Part shown: piece by piece, positions 44,744 through 54,747 of the stretch
Layout of the letters: each line of letters starts with the position of its first letter
Numbering within the stretch: the first letter of the stretch is position 1
Assembly: GCA_963785725.1 (NCBI GenBank)
Contig: CAWAWS010000003.1
Coordinates: forward strand, 480,001-544,000
From: an uncultured delta proteobacterium
GTDB lineage: Bacteria; Myxococcota_A; Polyangia; Palsa-1104
Direction of reading: 5' to 3'
DNA length: 64,000 bases
Notes under the pieces: generated by a model
What the model saw: the letters and a program-made list of their open reading frames with translations, nothing else
Databases searched by the model: none
Told to the model about the DNA's origin: nothing
Program-made: the position numbers and the translations under genes

Positions 44744-45511
44744 TTACTTGGCGGCCACCTTGGAGCAGAGAATCCCTTTGTCTTCGGCCGAACCGCCGCC
44801 ACGCGGGCTGAGCGGACCCGAGAACGACTTGCCCTTGCCGTGCTGCAACCACAGCTCGTCGTGCATCTGGCAGCTGCCGTCAGGCTGCTTGTTGACGACG
44901 GTGGCGTTCAAGTCGCGGCCGGTGACCCGCCCGAACGCGTCTTTCTCGTACTCGTCCGCCCAGCGACCGAGGATGACCTTCAGGACCTTGCCCGGCGCAT
45001 AATCTTTCGCATACGCCTTGGCGACCGCGCTCTCGAGCGCCGCATTGTGCATCAGCGCCTTGGGCAGCTCGGCGCTAGCGGCTGCCGCTGCCGCCGCCGC
45101 TGCCGCTGCCGCCTTCGACTCTTCCTTCTGCTTTGCCAGATCCGCCTCTCGCTTCTTGCCGTTGCGGTCGTTGATGACTTGGTCCGAGATTCCTGAAAAG
45201 GCGTCGCTAAAGCAGAGGGCCTTCGTGTCACCGTGGGTGATGTCCGGGTCCTTCAGCCGGTGATACATCTGTGGGTCGTTTTCGCAGATCGGGATACGCT
45301 TCTCGATCTCGGCCTTGCACTCGTCCGAGATGCCCGTGCCGCTCTTCCTAGCGGCGGCGGCCCATTTCCAGGAGCCTAAGTCGCGGGAGGCATCGACCTC
45401 TTTTTCGCATTTGTAAGCGTCTGCGAGCGTGCCCCACGCTGCCTGCGCGACCGTGGTATAGCCGCCCGCGATGGCGAGCATGACCGACAACTGAACGATC
45501 CGACGATTCAT
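44744..45511 (-). CDS. Hypothetical secreted protein
   Basis: Signal peptide (AQA), Cys-containing N-domain, poly-Ala linker. Confidence 0.75.
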   Translation of the reverse strand: MNRRIVQLSVMLAIAGGYTTVAQAAWGTLADAYKCEKEVDASRDLGSWKWAAAARKSGTGISDECKAEIEKRIPICENDPQMYHRLKDPDITHGDTKALCFSDAFSGISDQVINDRNGKKREADLAKQKEESKAAAAAAAAAAAASAELPKALMHNAALESAVAKAYAKDYAPGKVLKVILGRWADEYEKDAFGRVTGRDLNATVVNKQPDGSCQMHDELWLQHGKGKSFSGPLSPRGGGSAEDKGILCSKVAAK

Positions 45512-45556
45512 TGATCCACCTTTGAAGCCGCGCCAACTGCCTAAGCGCGGAAAGTT

Positions 45557-45598
45557 GACGACGGAGCCGGCAGCCTCGAAGCCGCCGGCTCCGTCGTC
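45557..45598 (-). terminator. Stem-loop, probable terminator of 45630-47021
   Basis: Perfect 15-bp stem GACGACGGAGCCGGC / GCCGGCTCCGTCGTC with a 12-nt loop. Confidence 0.7.
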
Positions 45599-45629
45599 GG
45601 TTGGTTGCTTCCTTTAGTCCTCGGACGGA

Positions 45630-47021
45630 TTACTTGGTAGCCCCGGTCGTGCTGTACAAGAGAACGCCGTTCTCGCCGCCCACCCACACGTGCGTCGCGT
45701 CGAGCGCGAAGCCGCTGAACAGCTTCTGCGGCGCGGCGATGGTGCCGATGCCCGCGAGGCTGTCCGAGATGTCGCTCCAGGTCTTGCCGCCGTCGGTCGA
45801 CTTCAAGAGCAGCGGCGAGATTTCGTTGCCCTTGTAGCCGACGACGTAGCCGGTCTGGTTGTCGGGCGCGAAGAACGCGTCGCGCAAGCTGACTTTGGCG
45901 CCCGCCGCGAGCAGCGCGGCCGGGAGCGTGCCCGCCGTCCAGGTCACGCCGCCATCGACGGTGTAATAGACGAACGCCGAGCCGTCCTCGAGATCCTCGC
46001 CGAAATAGGTCCAGCCGTGCAGCTTGTCGGTGAACGCGAGGCCGGTCGGGCCGTACTGATCGCCATCGCCGTCGACGGGCGGGTTCGGCAGGTCATGCTC
46101 GATGTACGTCGCGCCGCCGTCGTTGCTGACGCAGATGCCGCTGACGAGGCGCAGCGGATACGCGATCGTCGAGCCATCGGGGCTGATATAGGCCAAACGG
46201 TTCGGCAGCTGATACGGCGTCGCCGGATCGACCGTCGTCTGGCACGACGGCGACGGCGGCAGCGGAAACGGCACGGACGGCGTCGCTTCCGGATCCCAAA
46301 CCGTCGTCCACGTCGACGCCGTGTCGAGCGAGCCGCCCGTCGACCAGATGGCGTCGTCGGTCATGATCCACCAGCCAGTGCCGGACGGCATCGGCGCGGC
46401 CGCTTCGAGGCCCGCCAAGCCGAGATCGTCGTTCGTGTAGGGCGTCTTCTGCTGCCAAGAGGCGCCGTTATCGGTGCTGATCGTGAAGTCTTGCAGGATG
46501 GTGCTGGCGATGATCGTGTTGTTGCCGACGACGAGCAGGTCGTGGAAGCTGACGTCGTTTTCGCTGCCGTCGCTCAACGTCTGATGGCCGGAGTAGGTCT
46601 GCTTGGTGATCGCGGTGCCGCTGGCGACGAAGAGGCCGCCGCCGGTGTCGAGGCCCGCCGTTTCGCCCTGGCTCGTCGCGACGACGCCGTGCGTGGCCGT
46701 GTCGTAATAGACGGCGGAGATGATGTCGGTCGCGTGCGAGATGGTGTTGTTCGGATCGCTCGTGTCGTCGGGCAGCGCCATGACGGTGAAAATGCCATTC
46801 GTGGCGGGACCGCTCGTGCTGCCGCCGCCGCCCGCAGTGCCGCCGCCGCCAGCCGTGCCGCTGCCGCCGGCCGTGCCGCTGCCGCCAGCCGTGCCGCTGC
46901 CGCCAGCCGTGCCGCTGCCGCCGCCACTGCTGCTGTTGGCGCTACCGCCGCATCCGCCGATGCCCGCGACGAAGGCCAAGGCCAAGAAACCCGAGCTCGC
47001 TTGATTAAGAAGACGCCTCAT
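45630..47021 (-). CDS. Lipoprotein with BNR/Asp-box beta-propeller
   Basis: Lipobox IGGC; GGSGTA repeats; Asp-boxes STDNGASW, SNDGGATY, TVDGGVTW, STDGGKTW. Confidence 0.85.
   Translation of the reverse strand: MRRLLNQASSGFLALAFVAGIGGCGGSANSSSGGGSGTAGGSGTAGGSGTAGGSGTAGGGGTAGGGGSTSGPATNGIFTVMALPDDTSDPNNTISHATDIISAVYYDTATHGVVATSQGETAGLDTGGGLFVASGTAITKQTYSGHQTLSDGSENDVSFHDLLVVGNNTIIASTILQDFTISTDNGASWQQKTPYTNDDLGLAGLEAAAPMPSGTGWWIMTDDAIWSTGGSLDTASTWTTVWDPEATPSVPFPLPPSPSCQTTVDPATPYQLPNRLAYISPDGSTIAYPLRLVSGICVSNDGGATYIEHDLPNPPVDGDGDQYGPTGLAFTDKLHGWTYFGEDLEDGSAFVYYTVDGGVTWTAGTLPAALLAAGAKVSLRDAFFAPDNQTGYVVGYKGNEISPLLLKSTDGGKTWSDISDSLAGIGTIAAPQKLFSGFALDATHVWVGGENGVLLYSTTGATK
46820..46926 (-). repeat. 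18-nt tandem coding repeat (GGSGTA linker)
   Basis: gccgtgccgctgccgcc(a/g) units. Confidence 0.8.
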
Positions 47022-47294
47022 TCAATTCTCCAATAGCAAAGCTGTTGAAGTGCGCTGCCGGTCACAGCGACCGGCTAATGTTTGGTTTTCGGCGGATGGT
47101 CTAAAAAGTTGCTAACCGAAATGATTTATTTGGCCCGCCGACTGATATTCATTTCGCAATACGCGATCAACGCGCGCGACAAAGCGAGCCGAGAGACTAC
47201 CTCGACGCGCAATTCGCGAAGCAGCATTGACATAGCGCCGCTAGAGCCGAGACACATGTACGGCGATCACAGCCCGTGCTCATCCGAACAAAAT

Positions 47295-47415
47295 AGTGCG
47301 GGATCGGCAGCCCTCGATGACTGCCGGGGCTTCTTGCCTGGTTCGAAATCATTCCAAGGTCAGGCGTTCGCCGCGCAGTCGGCGGTTGAAGCCTTCGTCG
47401 GTGCCGTTCTGCCGC
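47295..47415 (-). mobile_element. Degenerate IS3-family transposase C-terminal fragment
   Basis: QNGTDEGFNRRLRGERLTLE*FRTRQEAPAVIEG matches the IS3 integrase-core end and has an internal stop. Confidence 0.6.
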
Positions 47416-47610
47416 GATTCAAACGCGATATGCGCGCCGTCGACGCCTTCTCATCAGCTCGTTGCCTTCAATTCCGCGAAGCACCCTTTCATGTCGCCCT
47501 ACACTCCGCGCATCTTCCCTCGATTCGATTAGTGAAGCGTGGCAATGGCTTGATGCCGCCCCTTTGGCAGAGCGCCGCGCCCATAGCTTTTCAGCGCGAG
47601 CATTCCGACA

Positions 47611-48048
47611 TTAGCTAATGGGGATCGTAAAGTTGACCCACGCTGGCGTGTGGTTGCCGTCGCTGCCAGGCTGCCTGCAGAGGTATGAGGCAGGATACGA
47701 CGTGATGTTGCCGCTACTATCGACGACGAGCGGTGTCACATAGAGCCGGACGGGATTGCGGTCGTCGCGACGTCGTTTCGCTTCGAAGAAAAGGTCACCC
47801 AATAATAAGTGGACCCGCCTGCGCTGGTCGAAGCCGGCGCCCATTTTGGACAGCTGTTCGTCAACCCGGGACTCGTTAGGTTCGCGCGGGCGGGCGGATC
47901 ATTGGCAGCCAATCGCCTCGCCGTTCCGCCGCTCGACGGCACGACGAGCACCTCATCCAGCGGATTGGCCACACCGCTCGGCAGATTCGATTGCGTCGCA
48001 GAGTTGATTCGCGCGAATGCGATTCACTTATCGTCGTCGGACCCAGAC
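47611..48048 (-). pseudogene. C-terminal fragment of a TolB/PD40-like exported protein, cut by IS3
   Basis: RRLAANDPP..TNSCPKWAP..YYWVTFSSKR / LYVTPLVV..GNHTPAW split across two frames; abuts the IS3 left end. Confidence 0.55.
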
Positions 48049-48110
48049 TGGAGTTGCCCCGGCCTGGTGGACACCTGCGCTCAGTGAATTGAGCGTACAA
48101 AGGTGACCAG

Positions 48111-48419
48111 ATGACGAAGGAAGCAGGAAAGCGACCGCGGCGCACGCATAGCCGCGAGTTCAAGAGCGAGGCAGCCGCGTTGGTGCGGACCGGCGGGCGC
48201 AGCGTGGCGCAGGTGGCAGAGGAGCTGGACGTGGCAGACAGCCTCGTCCGCTCGTGGGTGCAGCAGGCCGAGGTGGATGCCGGCCAACGCCCAGCGGACG
48301 CGCTGACGACGGCGGAGAAGGAAGAGCTTTCGCAGCTACGACGCGAGGTCAAAGTCCTGCGCATGGAGCGTGAGATTTTAAAAAGGGCGGCCACGTTCTT
48401 CGCCAAGGAGAACGCGTGA
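48111..48419 (+). CDS. IS3 OrfA (HTH)
   Basis: RRTHSREFKSEAA..LRMEREILKRAATFFAKE. Confidence 0.9.
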   Translation: MTKEAGKRPRRTHSREFKSEAAALVRTGGRSVAQVAEELDVADSLVRSWVQQAEVDAGQRPADALTTAEKEELSQLRREVKVLRMEREILKRAATFFAKENA

Positions 48420-49141
48420 AGTACGCGTTCATCTCGCAGGAGAAGGTGGCCTATCCCGTCGCTGTTTTGTGTCGTGTCCTGGCCGTGTCGACGAGCGGCT
48501 ATTACGCCAGTCTGCGTCGGCCACCGTCGCTGCGAGCGCGCAGGGACCGCGAGCTCGTCGACAAGATTCGGCGGTCGCATCTCGCCAGCAAGCGGCGGTA
48601 TGGCAGCCCGCGCGTCTATGCCGACCTCCAGGCCGAAGGCCAACGAGTGGGACGCAAACGCGTCGCGCGGCTCATGCGCGAGCACCGGCTCGTCGCGCGG
48701 GTACGTCGCCGCTTTCGCACGACCACTGACTCCAAGCACGCTTTCCCCGTCGCTCCCAACCTCTTGGCGCGCGACTTCACGGCGACGGCGCCCGACCAAC
48801 GCTGGGTCACCGACATCACGTTCCTGTCGACCCAGCAGGGCTGGCTGTACCTCGCCGTCATCCTCGACCTGTTCTCGCGACGCGTCGTAGCCCGCGGCTT
48901 TCGCTGCAGCATGAGCCGCAAGGGCGATTGCTGGGATAATGCCGTCGCCGAGAGCTTCTTCGCGACGCTCAAGCGGGAGATGGAGCGCGCCGACGACCTT
49001 CCGAGCCAGGCCGTCGCCGCGCTCTCGATCGGCGAATACATCGACGGCTTCTACAACGTTCGGCGTCGGCACTCGGCCATCGACTACTGCAGCCCAATCG
49101 AGTTCGAGCTGTTACATTCCGTCAAGCGGCGAGCAGCGTAA
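48416..49141 (+). pseudogene. IS3 OrfB transposase with in-frame deletion in the DDE core
   Basis: WVTDIT..DLFSRRVVA joins directly to RGFRCSMSRKGDCWDNAVAESFF; the HSD(R/Q)G segment is missing. Confidence 0.8.
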
Positions 49142-49280
49142 TCAAACCGTCCACCGAATCGGTGCAACTCCAGGTTGCTCCATGTTGGGGAGGCGCTTCA
49201 TAAGAGTGCTCAGCGCCCTTCGCACGCGCCGTAGTCTCTGCGTCCGCTTGCTCAAAATCGCTCAGTTGCATACTACCTAA

Positions 49281-49685
49281 TCACTTCTCCCAGTAACTGG
49301 GAATCCAGCCAAGACCACCGCACGTGCAAACGACGTTTTCGAGTTTGCCTTCGAGTACCTTTCCGCTGCCGCCGCACGAGTCGCAGTCGACATCGCTCGA
49401 GTGCCGTGTCGGTAGTAGGGACTCCAGCTCTGGATAGAAACGTCTTCCTGACAACAGCACCAAATCGCGCCAGCGGCGACTCGTGATCGGCTTTGCTGCA
49501 GGGGCATCCCATCCGACTTCGACTAATTCGCCGTCTGGGCGTATGCCGGCGAAGCCGCCCATATCGGCTGCCAGCACCAAGACGTCATGAGCCTCGGCAA
49601 ATTCTGCGGTCTCTCGCGACCACTTCTGAGCCTGCGTGCTTCTATGTTTCATCAAGACGGTAGCAATCGCAGCTGGCGTGCTCAT
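49281..49685 (-). CDS. Hypothetical protein with C-terminal Zn-finger; possible orphan immunity protein
   Basis: CDSCGGSG..CTCGGLGW; downstream of the toxin-immunity pair. Confidence 0.6.
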   Translation of the reverse strand: MSTPAAIATVLMKHRSTQAQKWSRETAEFAEAHDVLVLAADMGGFAGIRPDGELVEVGWDAPAAKPITSRRWRDLVLLSGRRFYPELESLLPTRHSSDVDCDSCGGSGKVLEGKLENVVCTCGGLGWIPSYWEK

Positions 49686-49825
49686 GAGGCGTCTCCTGCA
49701 ACTGGCTGTGTCTCGCGTTCGCGCAGCAGTGCGATAACTCGTGGGATGTTCTTGTAGCCAGCGATGCGACAGAACCTCTTCAGTTCGGCGTCTCCAGCGA
49801 CGTGAATCGACATTCGCATGCTGGA

Positions 49826-50497
49826 CTATTCGAGTGGGCCCAGCACTCCTTCTAGGGCGTCTCGGCCCGCTTGGGCAAGAGAGGTTCGCTTTACCTCTAT
49901 CTCGACACCTTCGGCGACACTCTCGAACGTCTCGTCATGAAACGCGAGGAGATAGTGACGGCGCGCGACCCAACGAGCAGGGTCGTATTGGGAGTGCACA
50001 GAATTGATCTTCTGTAACTCTTGCACCCAACGAGAGTTCGCGACGATGTGAGCCCGGTATGCTGCGAGGCCTCTGCCATAGAGCGGATGACCGCTTATCA
50101 CTTCGTCGTTAGGAGCGCCGAGGCGGACGGCCGTTAGACGTTTGAACCGAACAATGGCGATGGGAGCCTCGTCGGAAGTCTGTGCGACGCGCGCCCATGA
50201 GCCGTCCCAGGTCGGATCGTCTTCCTTGACGACGTAGAGGAGGACCGTGCCCCTCGCCCCCGACAACAAATGAGGCAGCGGCGCGCCGACATCCCAGGCT
50301 GGAAATTCGAAGCAGGCGGTCGCGCACTCCTCCCCAAGGACGAGGGCTCGGGCGCGTTCCGCGTCGAGCAACTCGTCGTGAGCAGCACGAAACTCGAGCC
50401 ACTCCCCGCCCTGGTGTTTTCCGCGGACGGCCGCCGATGCGCGCTCAACACGCGCTCGGGCCTCGGCCAGCCTTCGATCGACATCATCCATGCTCAA
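49826..50497 (-). CDS. Hypothetical protein; possible orphan immunity protein
   Basis: Intact ORF (WDVGAPLP, GAPNDE..GHPLY..GL, FHDETFE) co-oriented behind the toxin. Confidence 0.65.
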   Translation of the reverse strand: MSMDDVDRRLAEARARVERASAAVRGKHQGGEWLEFRAAHDELLDAERARALVLGEECATACFEFPAWDVGAPLPHLLSGARGTVLLYVVKEDDPTWDGSWARVAQTSDEAPIAIVRFKRLTAVRLGAPNDEVISGHPLYGRGLAAYRAHIVANSRWVQELQKINSVHSQYDPARWVARRHYLLAFHDETFESVAEGVEIEVKRTSLAQAGRDALEGVLGPLE

Positions 50498-50589
50498 CGA
50501 ACAATACAGAACAACGATGCCATTTCAAATGCCGGTTGCCGCGTCGTCAATCAGACGGCGAGCGAGGTCGGCATCGGTGGCGGTGATGA

Positions 50590-51015
50590 TCAGGGCTCGC
50601 GGTCGTCCGGTACGTCAGCCTCGGCCGCGGCGTCGCGCGCCGCGCCATACGCGACTTCCGCCTGAATCTCCTCCTCCGACGGCACGCGCCACTGCCCCGC
50701 GCCGCGCGCTGCAAGCAGCTCGCTGATGGGAAGGTTGATATCGACGTCGTCATATTCGATATCGGCGGGGGCGTTAGGAATCGCGACGGCAGCGCCATGC
50801 AGCTGAAAGGTGCGCCGGCCCGCCAACCCCTGCCACTCACCGAGCAGGATACGCATCCCCAATAGCTCGGCTTTGAAGAAGAACACGTCGTACTGCACGG
50901 TATCGGGCGTAAAGACGCATCCTAACGCCGGCTCGACCAGCAGCCTCATTTCGTCGAGCGATCCTTCGGCGTCGCTGCGCAGCGAAAAGCGCATCGAGTG
51001 GCTTACGTGGCTCAT
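50590..51015 (-). CDS. Putative cognate immunity protein
   Basis: ATG overlaps the toxin stop; small and acidic. Confidence 0.65.
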   Translation of the reverse strand: MSHVSHSMRFSLRSDAEGSLDEMRLLVEPALGCVFTPDTVQYDVFFFKAELLGMRILLGEWQGLAGRRTFQLHGAAVAIPNAPADIEYDDVDINLPISELLAARGAGQWRVPSEEEIQAEVAYGAARDAAAEADVPDDREP

Positions 51016-52847
51016 CAGCTCCCCTTTAGTACGACTGTCGACCCGGCGACTCCCTGAATGCCGGGAAGCGCGGCGACGAGTGCTGCGACGACTTGCTGCG
51101 AGCAGGCGGACAGCTCTTTAGGCGCAAGGCGATCGGTCGGGAAGATCTTGCCGGCCACCACTTGCGCACCTTTCCGCGCCGCCGCGTCGAAGTCGGCCTT
51201 ATGCACCGTATACAAGTCGACATCGAATTCGCCGAGATTGAATCGCGTCTGCCCCTTATGGGGTCCGCGATAACCGGTCTTGGCGCTGCCGGTGAAATCG
51301 ATCTTCGATGTGCCTTTGTATTTGAATGCTGAAATGGTGTTGGTGATTAGATCGCGCGTCTTAGTGAACTGCGCACGCCAGACTTCGGCGCCGACGGTCT
51401 CCATGCGTGCGTCGACCGACTCTTTACTGAGATCGTTGATTCCCGTCGACGCTCCCCACTGAACCAGCGCCGCCAACTGCTGCTGCGCCTGCGCAATGAG
51501 CGCGTTGACGCCCGCCTTGGCCTCTTCATTGCTGATTCCCGGTCCGCCCTTCTTGGGAAAGCGCGATTCATAGAGCGTCCGGAAGTTCGCGACATTCTGC
51601 GCGCTCAATCGCTTCAAGTTGGGCAGCAGCTTGGTTTGGAACTCCGCTTTGACGCCCGGATCTTCGATGGTCGTGACGTATTGCGCGAAGAGATCGACGG
51701 CGCCCTGCGCCTTGCTGAATTTGTCGGTAAACGGCAGCTTCTCCGACGATGCCATCTTGATTTGGACGTCGTCACCGGCGGGCTCGAAGAAGAGCTGGTG
51801 CGGCGCGCCGGCCATGTCGAACGGCACCGTCACCGGCGGTCGCGGCGCCGGCGCGTCCTTCCCCGCGGCGGCGGGTGGGCTCGCGCCCGCGGTCGGCGTC
51901 GCCCCCGCCGCCGACGCAGGCTTGCGGAACAGCTTGCGCGGATCAAAGCCTGCGCTGCTCGGGACGGCTCCGCTCTCCAGCTTCGCCGAGATCGCCGCCG
52001 GCTTTTGCGCTGGTGCGCCGGCCGCGGCCGCATCCTTCGCGTTCCCCTCGGATGCAGCGTTGCCGTCGGTATGGGTGCCGTGGCCGGCATCCTTGCCGTG
52101 CGCGTCGTGTCCCGCGGAGTGGTCGCCGCCGCCGTGCAGGCTGTCTGCGACGCTGTCGCCGACGCGATCGGCCTCCCGCTCCGCAGGCTCGTGCGGCTGC
52201 GACACCGCCTGCTCACCGTCGGTCGCGGCGCCTGCTTCTGGCTTACGCTGCACGCCCGACTTCTGGCCCTGCACGACGTGCGTGAGCTCGTGCGCCAGCA
52301 GCCGATCGCCCTCTTTGGTCCCCGGCGCCAGCTGGCCGCTACCGAAATGCACGTCGTTGCCAACGGTGAACGCCTTGGCGCCCAGCGCGGAAGCGGCGTT
52401 CGACGAATCGCCACCGGCGTGCACCTTCACCTGCGACAGATCGGCGCCCAGACGCGGCTCCATGCGCGAGCGTACGTCCTTCGGCAATGGCGCGCCTCCG
52501 CTCTTGGGAATCGCAGCGCCATCGCCGTTCGCACCCGTGCGGCTGTCGAGGCTGCGGGCGACCCGCGCGCGCTCGCGGTCCACACGCACCATCGGCGCCT
52601 GCCCCTGCGCGCCGTTCGTACTGCGATAGATCAGCTCTTCGTACGTCTCCTTCCGGTCCTGGCGCACGGGCTCCATGCGCGCCGCCGGATCGGTCGGATT
52701 GCCGCGTGGCGCTCGCGGCGCCGGCGCGCCGCCGATGCTCACGTCGACGGAGACGTTCGACATGACCTTGTTGACGAAGCCCCAAAACCCGCCAGATTTC
52801 TTGCCGCCGCCTTTGTCGCTCGGGCCGTTCGGGGGTCGTTCACTCAT
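51015..52847 (-). CDS. DUF4157 (eCIS-core) polymorphic toxin with nucleotidyltransferase-like C-terminus
   Basis: GGAPLPKDVRSRMEPRLGADLSQVKVH..AKAFTVGNDVHF..LLAHELTHVVQ..VQRK. C-terminal FTGSAKTG..FDVDLY. GGAGG RBS before ATG 52847. Confidence 0.8.
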   Translation of the reverse strand: MSERPPNGPSDKGGGKKSGGFWGFVNKVMSNVSVDVSIGGAPAPRAPRGNPTDPAARMEPVRQDRKETYEELIYRSTNGAQGQAPMVRVDRERARVARSLDSRTGANGDGAAIPKSGGAPLPKDVRSRMEPRLGADLSQVKVHAGGDSSNAASALGAKAFTVGNDVHFGSGQLAPGTKEGDRLLAHELTHVVQGQKSGVQRKPEAGAATDGEQAVSQPHEPAEREADRVGDSVADSLHGGGDHSAGHDAHGKDAGHGTHTDGNAASEGNAKDAAAAGAPAQKPAAISAKLESGAVPSSAGFDPRKLFRKPASAAGATPTAGASPPAAAGKDAPAPRPPVTVPFDMAGAPHQLFFEPAGDDVQIKMASSEKLPFTDKFSKAQGAVDLFAQYVTTIEDPGVKAEFQTKLLPNLKRLSAQNVANFRTLYESRFPKKGGPGISNEEAKAGVNALIAQAQQQLAALVQWGASTGINDLSKESVDARMETVGAEVWRAQFTKTRDLITNTISAFKYKGTSKIDFTGSAKTGYRGPHKGQTRFNLGEFDVDLYTVHKADFDAAARKGAQVVAGKIFPTDRLAPKELSACSQQVVAALVAALPGIQGVAGSTVVLKGS

Positions 52848-52952
52848 CTGTGGCCTCCATTTGCTCCCCACCGCGAGTACCGCCCTGCGGCCAACAGTAT
52901 GGCAAGAAATTGGCATACAGTCGCGTGGCGCCGCTCTCTCGTCGTACAATCT

Positions 52953-52996
52953 TGCGGCGACCACGGTGGTGCCTGCGGCGACCACGGTGGTGTCTG
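52953..52996. repeat. Two direct repeats (21-nt period), each containing the palindrome ACCAC-G-GTGGT
   Basis: tgcggcgaccacggtggtg at 52953 and 52974. Confidence 0.75.
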
Positions 52997-53904
52997 CCAT
53001 CTGAGAGGCCCCGTGCACTCGATACCTTCTGAGCGGACTCGCCCGTCCGCGCGAATGCGGTGGCGCCATCGGAGCACAGCAGGTTGGCTTGCAACGGCCA
53101 CCTAACGAGAACATCGTTTCAATTCCAAGGGCATCTGCCGACGCACTCCGCGCGAAGCTCGCAACTAACAATCAACTGCGTCTCTCGATGCACTGGTCTA
53201 ACCACAAGAGGGCATCCCTCGAACCGGAGCTGGGTCAGCGCCATTTAGCGATTTTATTTTCTTCATTGTCGTTAGGACAAGGCCGGCGCACGAGACTTCG
53301 ACGCGAGCCGTCGATCCAAGACGCGCGCCGTCAGGCGTTTGCGGTCGGCGCGCCATCGACTTCGCCACGACGTCTCGAGGTTGTAAGCCCTGACGGCAGC
53401 GTGGCATTGCCGGCGGTGGCCGTGGGCCGCAGCGGCATGACCAGGAGGACGAGTGACGACTGCGCACCGCTTCGCAGGCACAGGCACAGCGTCAGCGAGG
53501 AGATACCGATGCGGATGGCGGATGCCACGTCTGCGTCGCTCTCTCCGGCGAGCGTGAGCAGGAGCGCGCTATCGACTGCCGGCACGCCCACGCTGGAAAC
53601 CTGAACCAGCCCCGCCCGCAAGAATGGTCCAAGCCAAGGCTCGAATCAGAGACTCATTCGCGATCATGATTGCCTCCGACAGCAGGCATTTCAAGCGCGG
53701 TGCCAGGTATGACGAGGTGCGGCAGAAGCGGTAAGCGGGGCTGCAGCAGTGACCGCGCCCCAGCACGGAGCGCAAGTCTTGCGGCATCGCGCACGAAGGC
53801 CGCACAGTCTGCGAGCAACGACCTTCGATGCGCGCTGTTGCGCAAGCAACCGCCCCGTTCGTCGGCATGTGGCTTGCTGAGCCGACTCCCGAGAGGCGAG
53901 CTAT

Positions 53905-53997
53905 CAACAAGAAGCACGTGATGGTCGCGGTCGACTTCGGTGTGTCGTCCAGATTGGCGTTCGACGTCGCCGTCGACATGGCGCGGCGACTGCCGGC
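53905..53997 (+). pseudogene. Universal stress protein N-terminal fragment
   Basis: [28 protein letters not shown], cut by the adjacent IS fragment. Confidence 0.5.
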
Positions 53998-54230
53998 TCC
54001 GTTGGACAAAAAATCGCGCTCCATCGTCAGCTCGCCGATCTTCTTCAGCAGCTCGTCGGGGCGCGCGTTCTCATCGGCTGGCTTGCTGGCGCAGTCGGAG
54101 AACGCTGTCGCCGCCTTCTCCAAGAGTTGCTTCTTCCAGGCGTAAATCCGCGCGGGGTGTACGCCGAAACGCCGCGCCAGCTCGGGCACCGTCTCCTCCT
54201 CGCGCAGCGCCGCCAGCGCCAGCTTGGCCT
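53997..54230 (-). mobile_element. IS3-family OrfA fragment
   Basis: [46 protein letters not shown]. Confidence 0.75.
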
Positions 54231-54468
54231 CCAGAGATTCAGACGCGCATGCGCCGACTCCGGCTCTAGCTGCCTGCGCTACGGCCTCGACGCCTCGTAA
54301 GTCCGGATCTAGGCGATAGGAAAAATGAAAAATCTTCGGCTAGGACGTCGCTGGAGCCGAGAAACGGACAAACAGCGTTATTTGCCGTCGCTGAGGCTAG
54401 CCGTGCGACAATTTGCCACGGTTTAGCGACTGGAATTCGCGGGTACATTCATCCTGGGAGGGGTGCCC

Positions 54469-54534
54469 TTGTATCTGATGTACGTCGACGAGAGCGGCGA
54501 TTGTGGGCTCGTAAATTCGCCTACCAGGTATTAG
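54469..54534 (+). pseudogene. DUF3800-like N-terminal fragment
   Basis: GGAGG RBS, then MYLMYVDESGDCGLVNSPTRY*. Confidence 0.5.
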
Positions 54535-54747
54535 TCGAACGCGCTCGGCTTCGAACGTACGCGCGTAACGATGTTGGATGACACTTACGATTGCGACTGT
54601 GAATCACATCGTTTCCTTATGAGGTAATACGCAGTTGCGTGTGGCATGCCAGCTCGGCGCGCAGTGAGATTCGTCCACCTTCGTCAGCAGCGAGGACGAT
54701 CGCTGCGACCGCGTTACATCGTGCTATTGTCGTTCGTCGGGGGAACG

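Larger units (their letters stand above)
48049..49172 (+). mobile_element. IS3-family insertion sequence, internally deleted
   Basis: Terminal IRs TGGAGTTGCCCCGGCCTGGTGGAC and, as reverse complement, TGGAGTTGCACCGATTCGGTGGAC. No target duplication seen. Confidence 0.9.

Noticed and set aside
46820..46926. Tandem repeats as a CRISPR array
   Set aside because: No spacers; in-frame Gly/Ser/Thr linker. No CRISPR array or cas gene was seen anywhere in the window.
52900..52915. Plus-strand sigma54-like box TGGCAAGAAATTGGCA
   Set aside because: It points away from the toxin with no credible downstream gene; better explained as part of an inverted repeat.
52848..53171. N-terminal extension of the DUF4157 toxin given in the ORF track (718 aa)
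   Set aside because: A GGAGG RBS precedes ATG 52847, and the upstream region looks regulatory and non-coding.
53280..53700. Possible frameshifted membrane protein on the minus strand
   Set aside because: Only short hydrophobic pieces with no recognisable family; cannot be supported.
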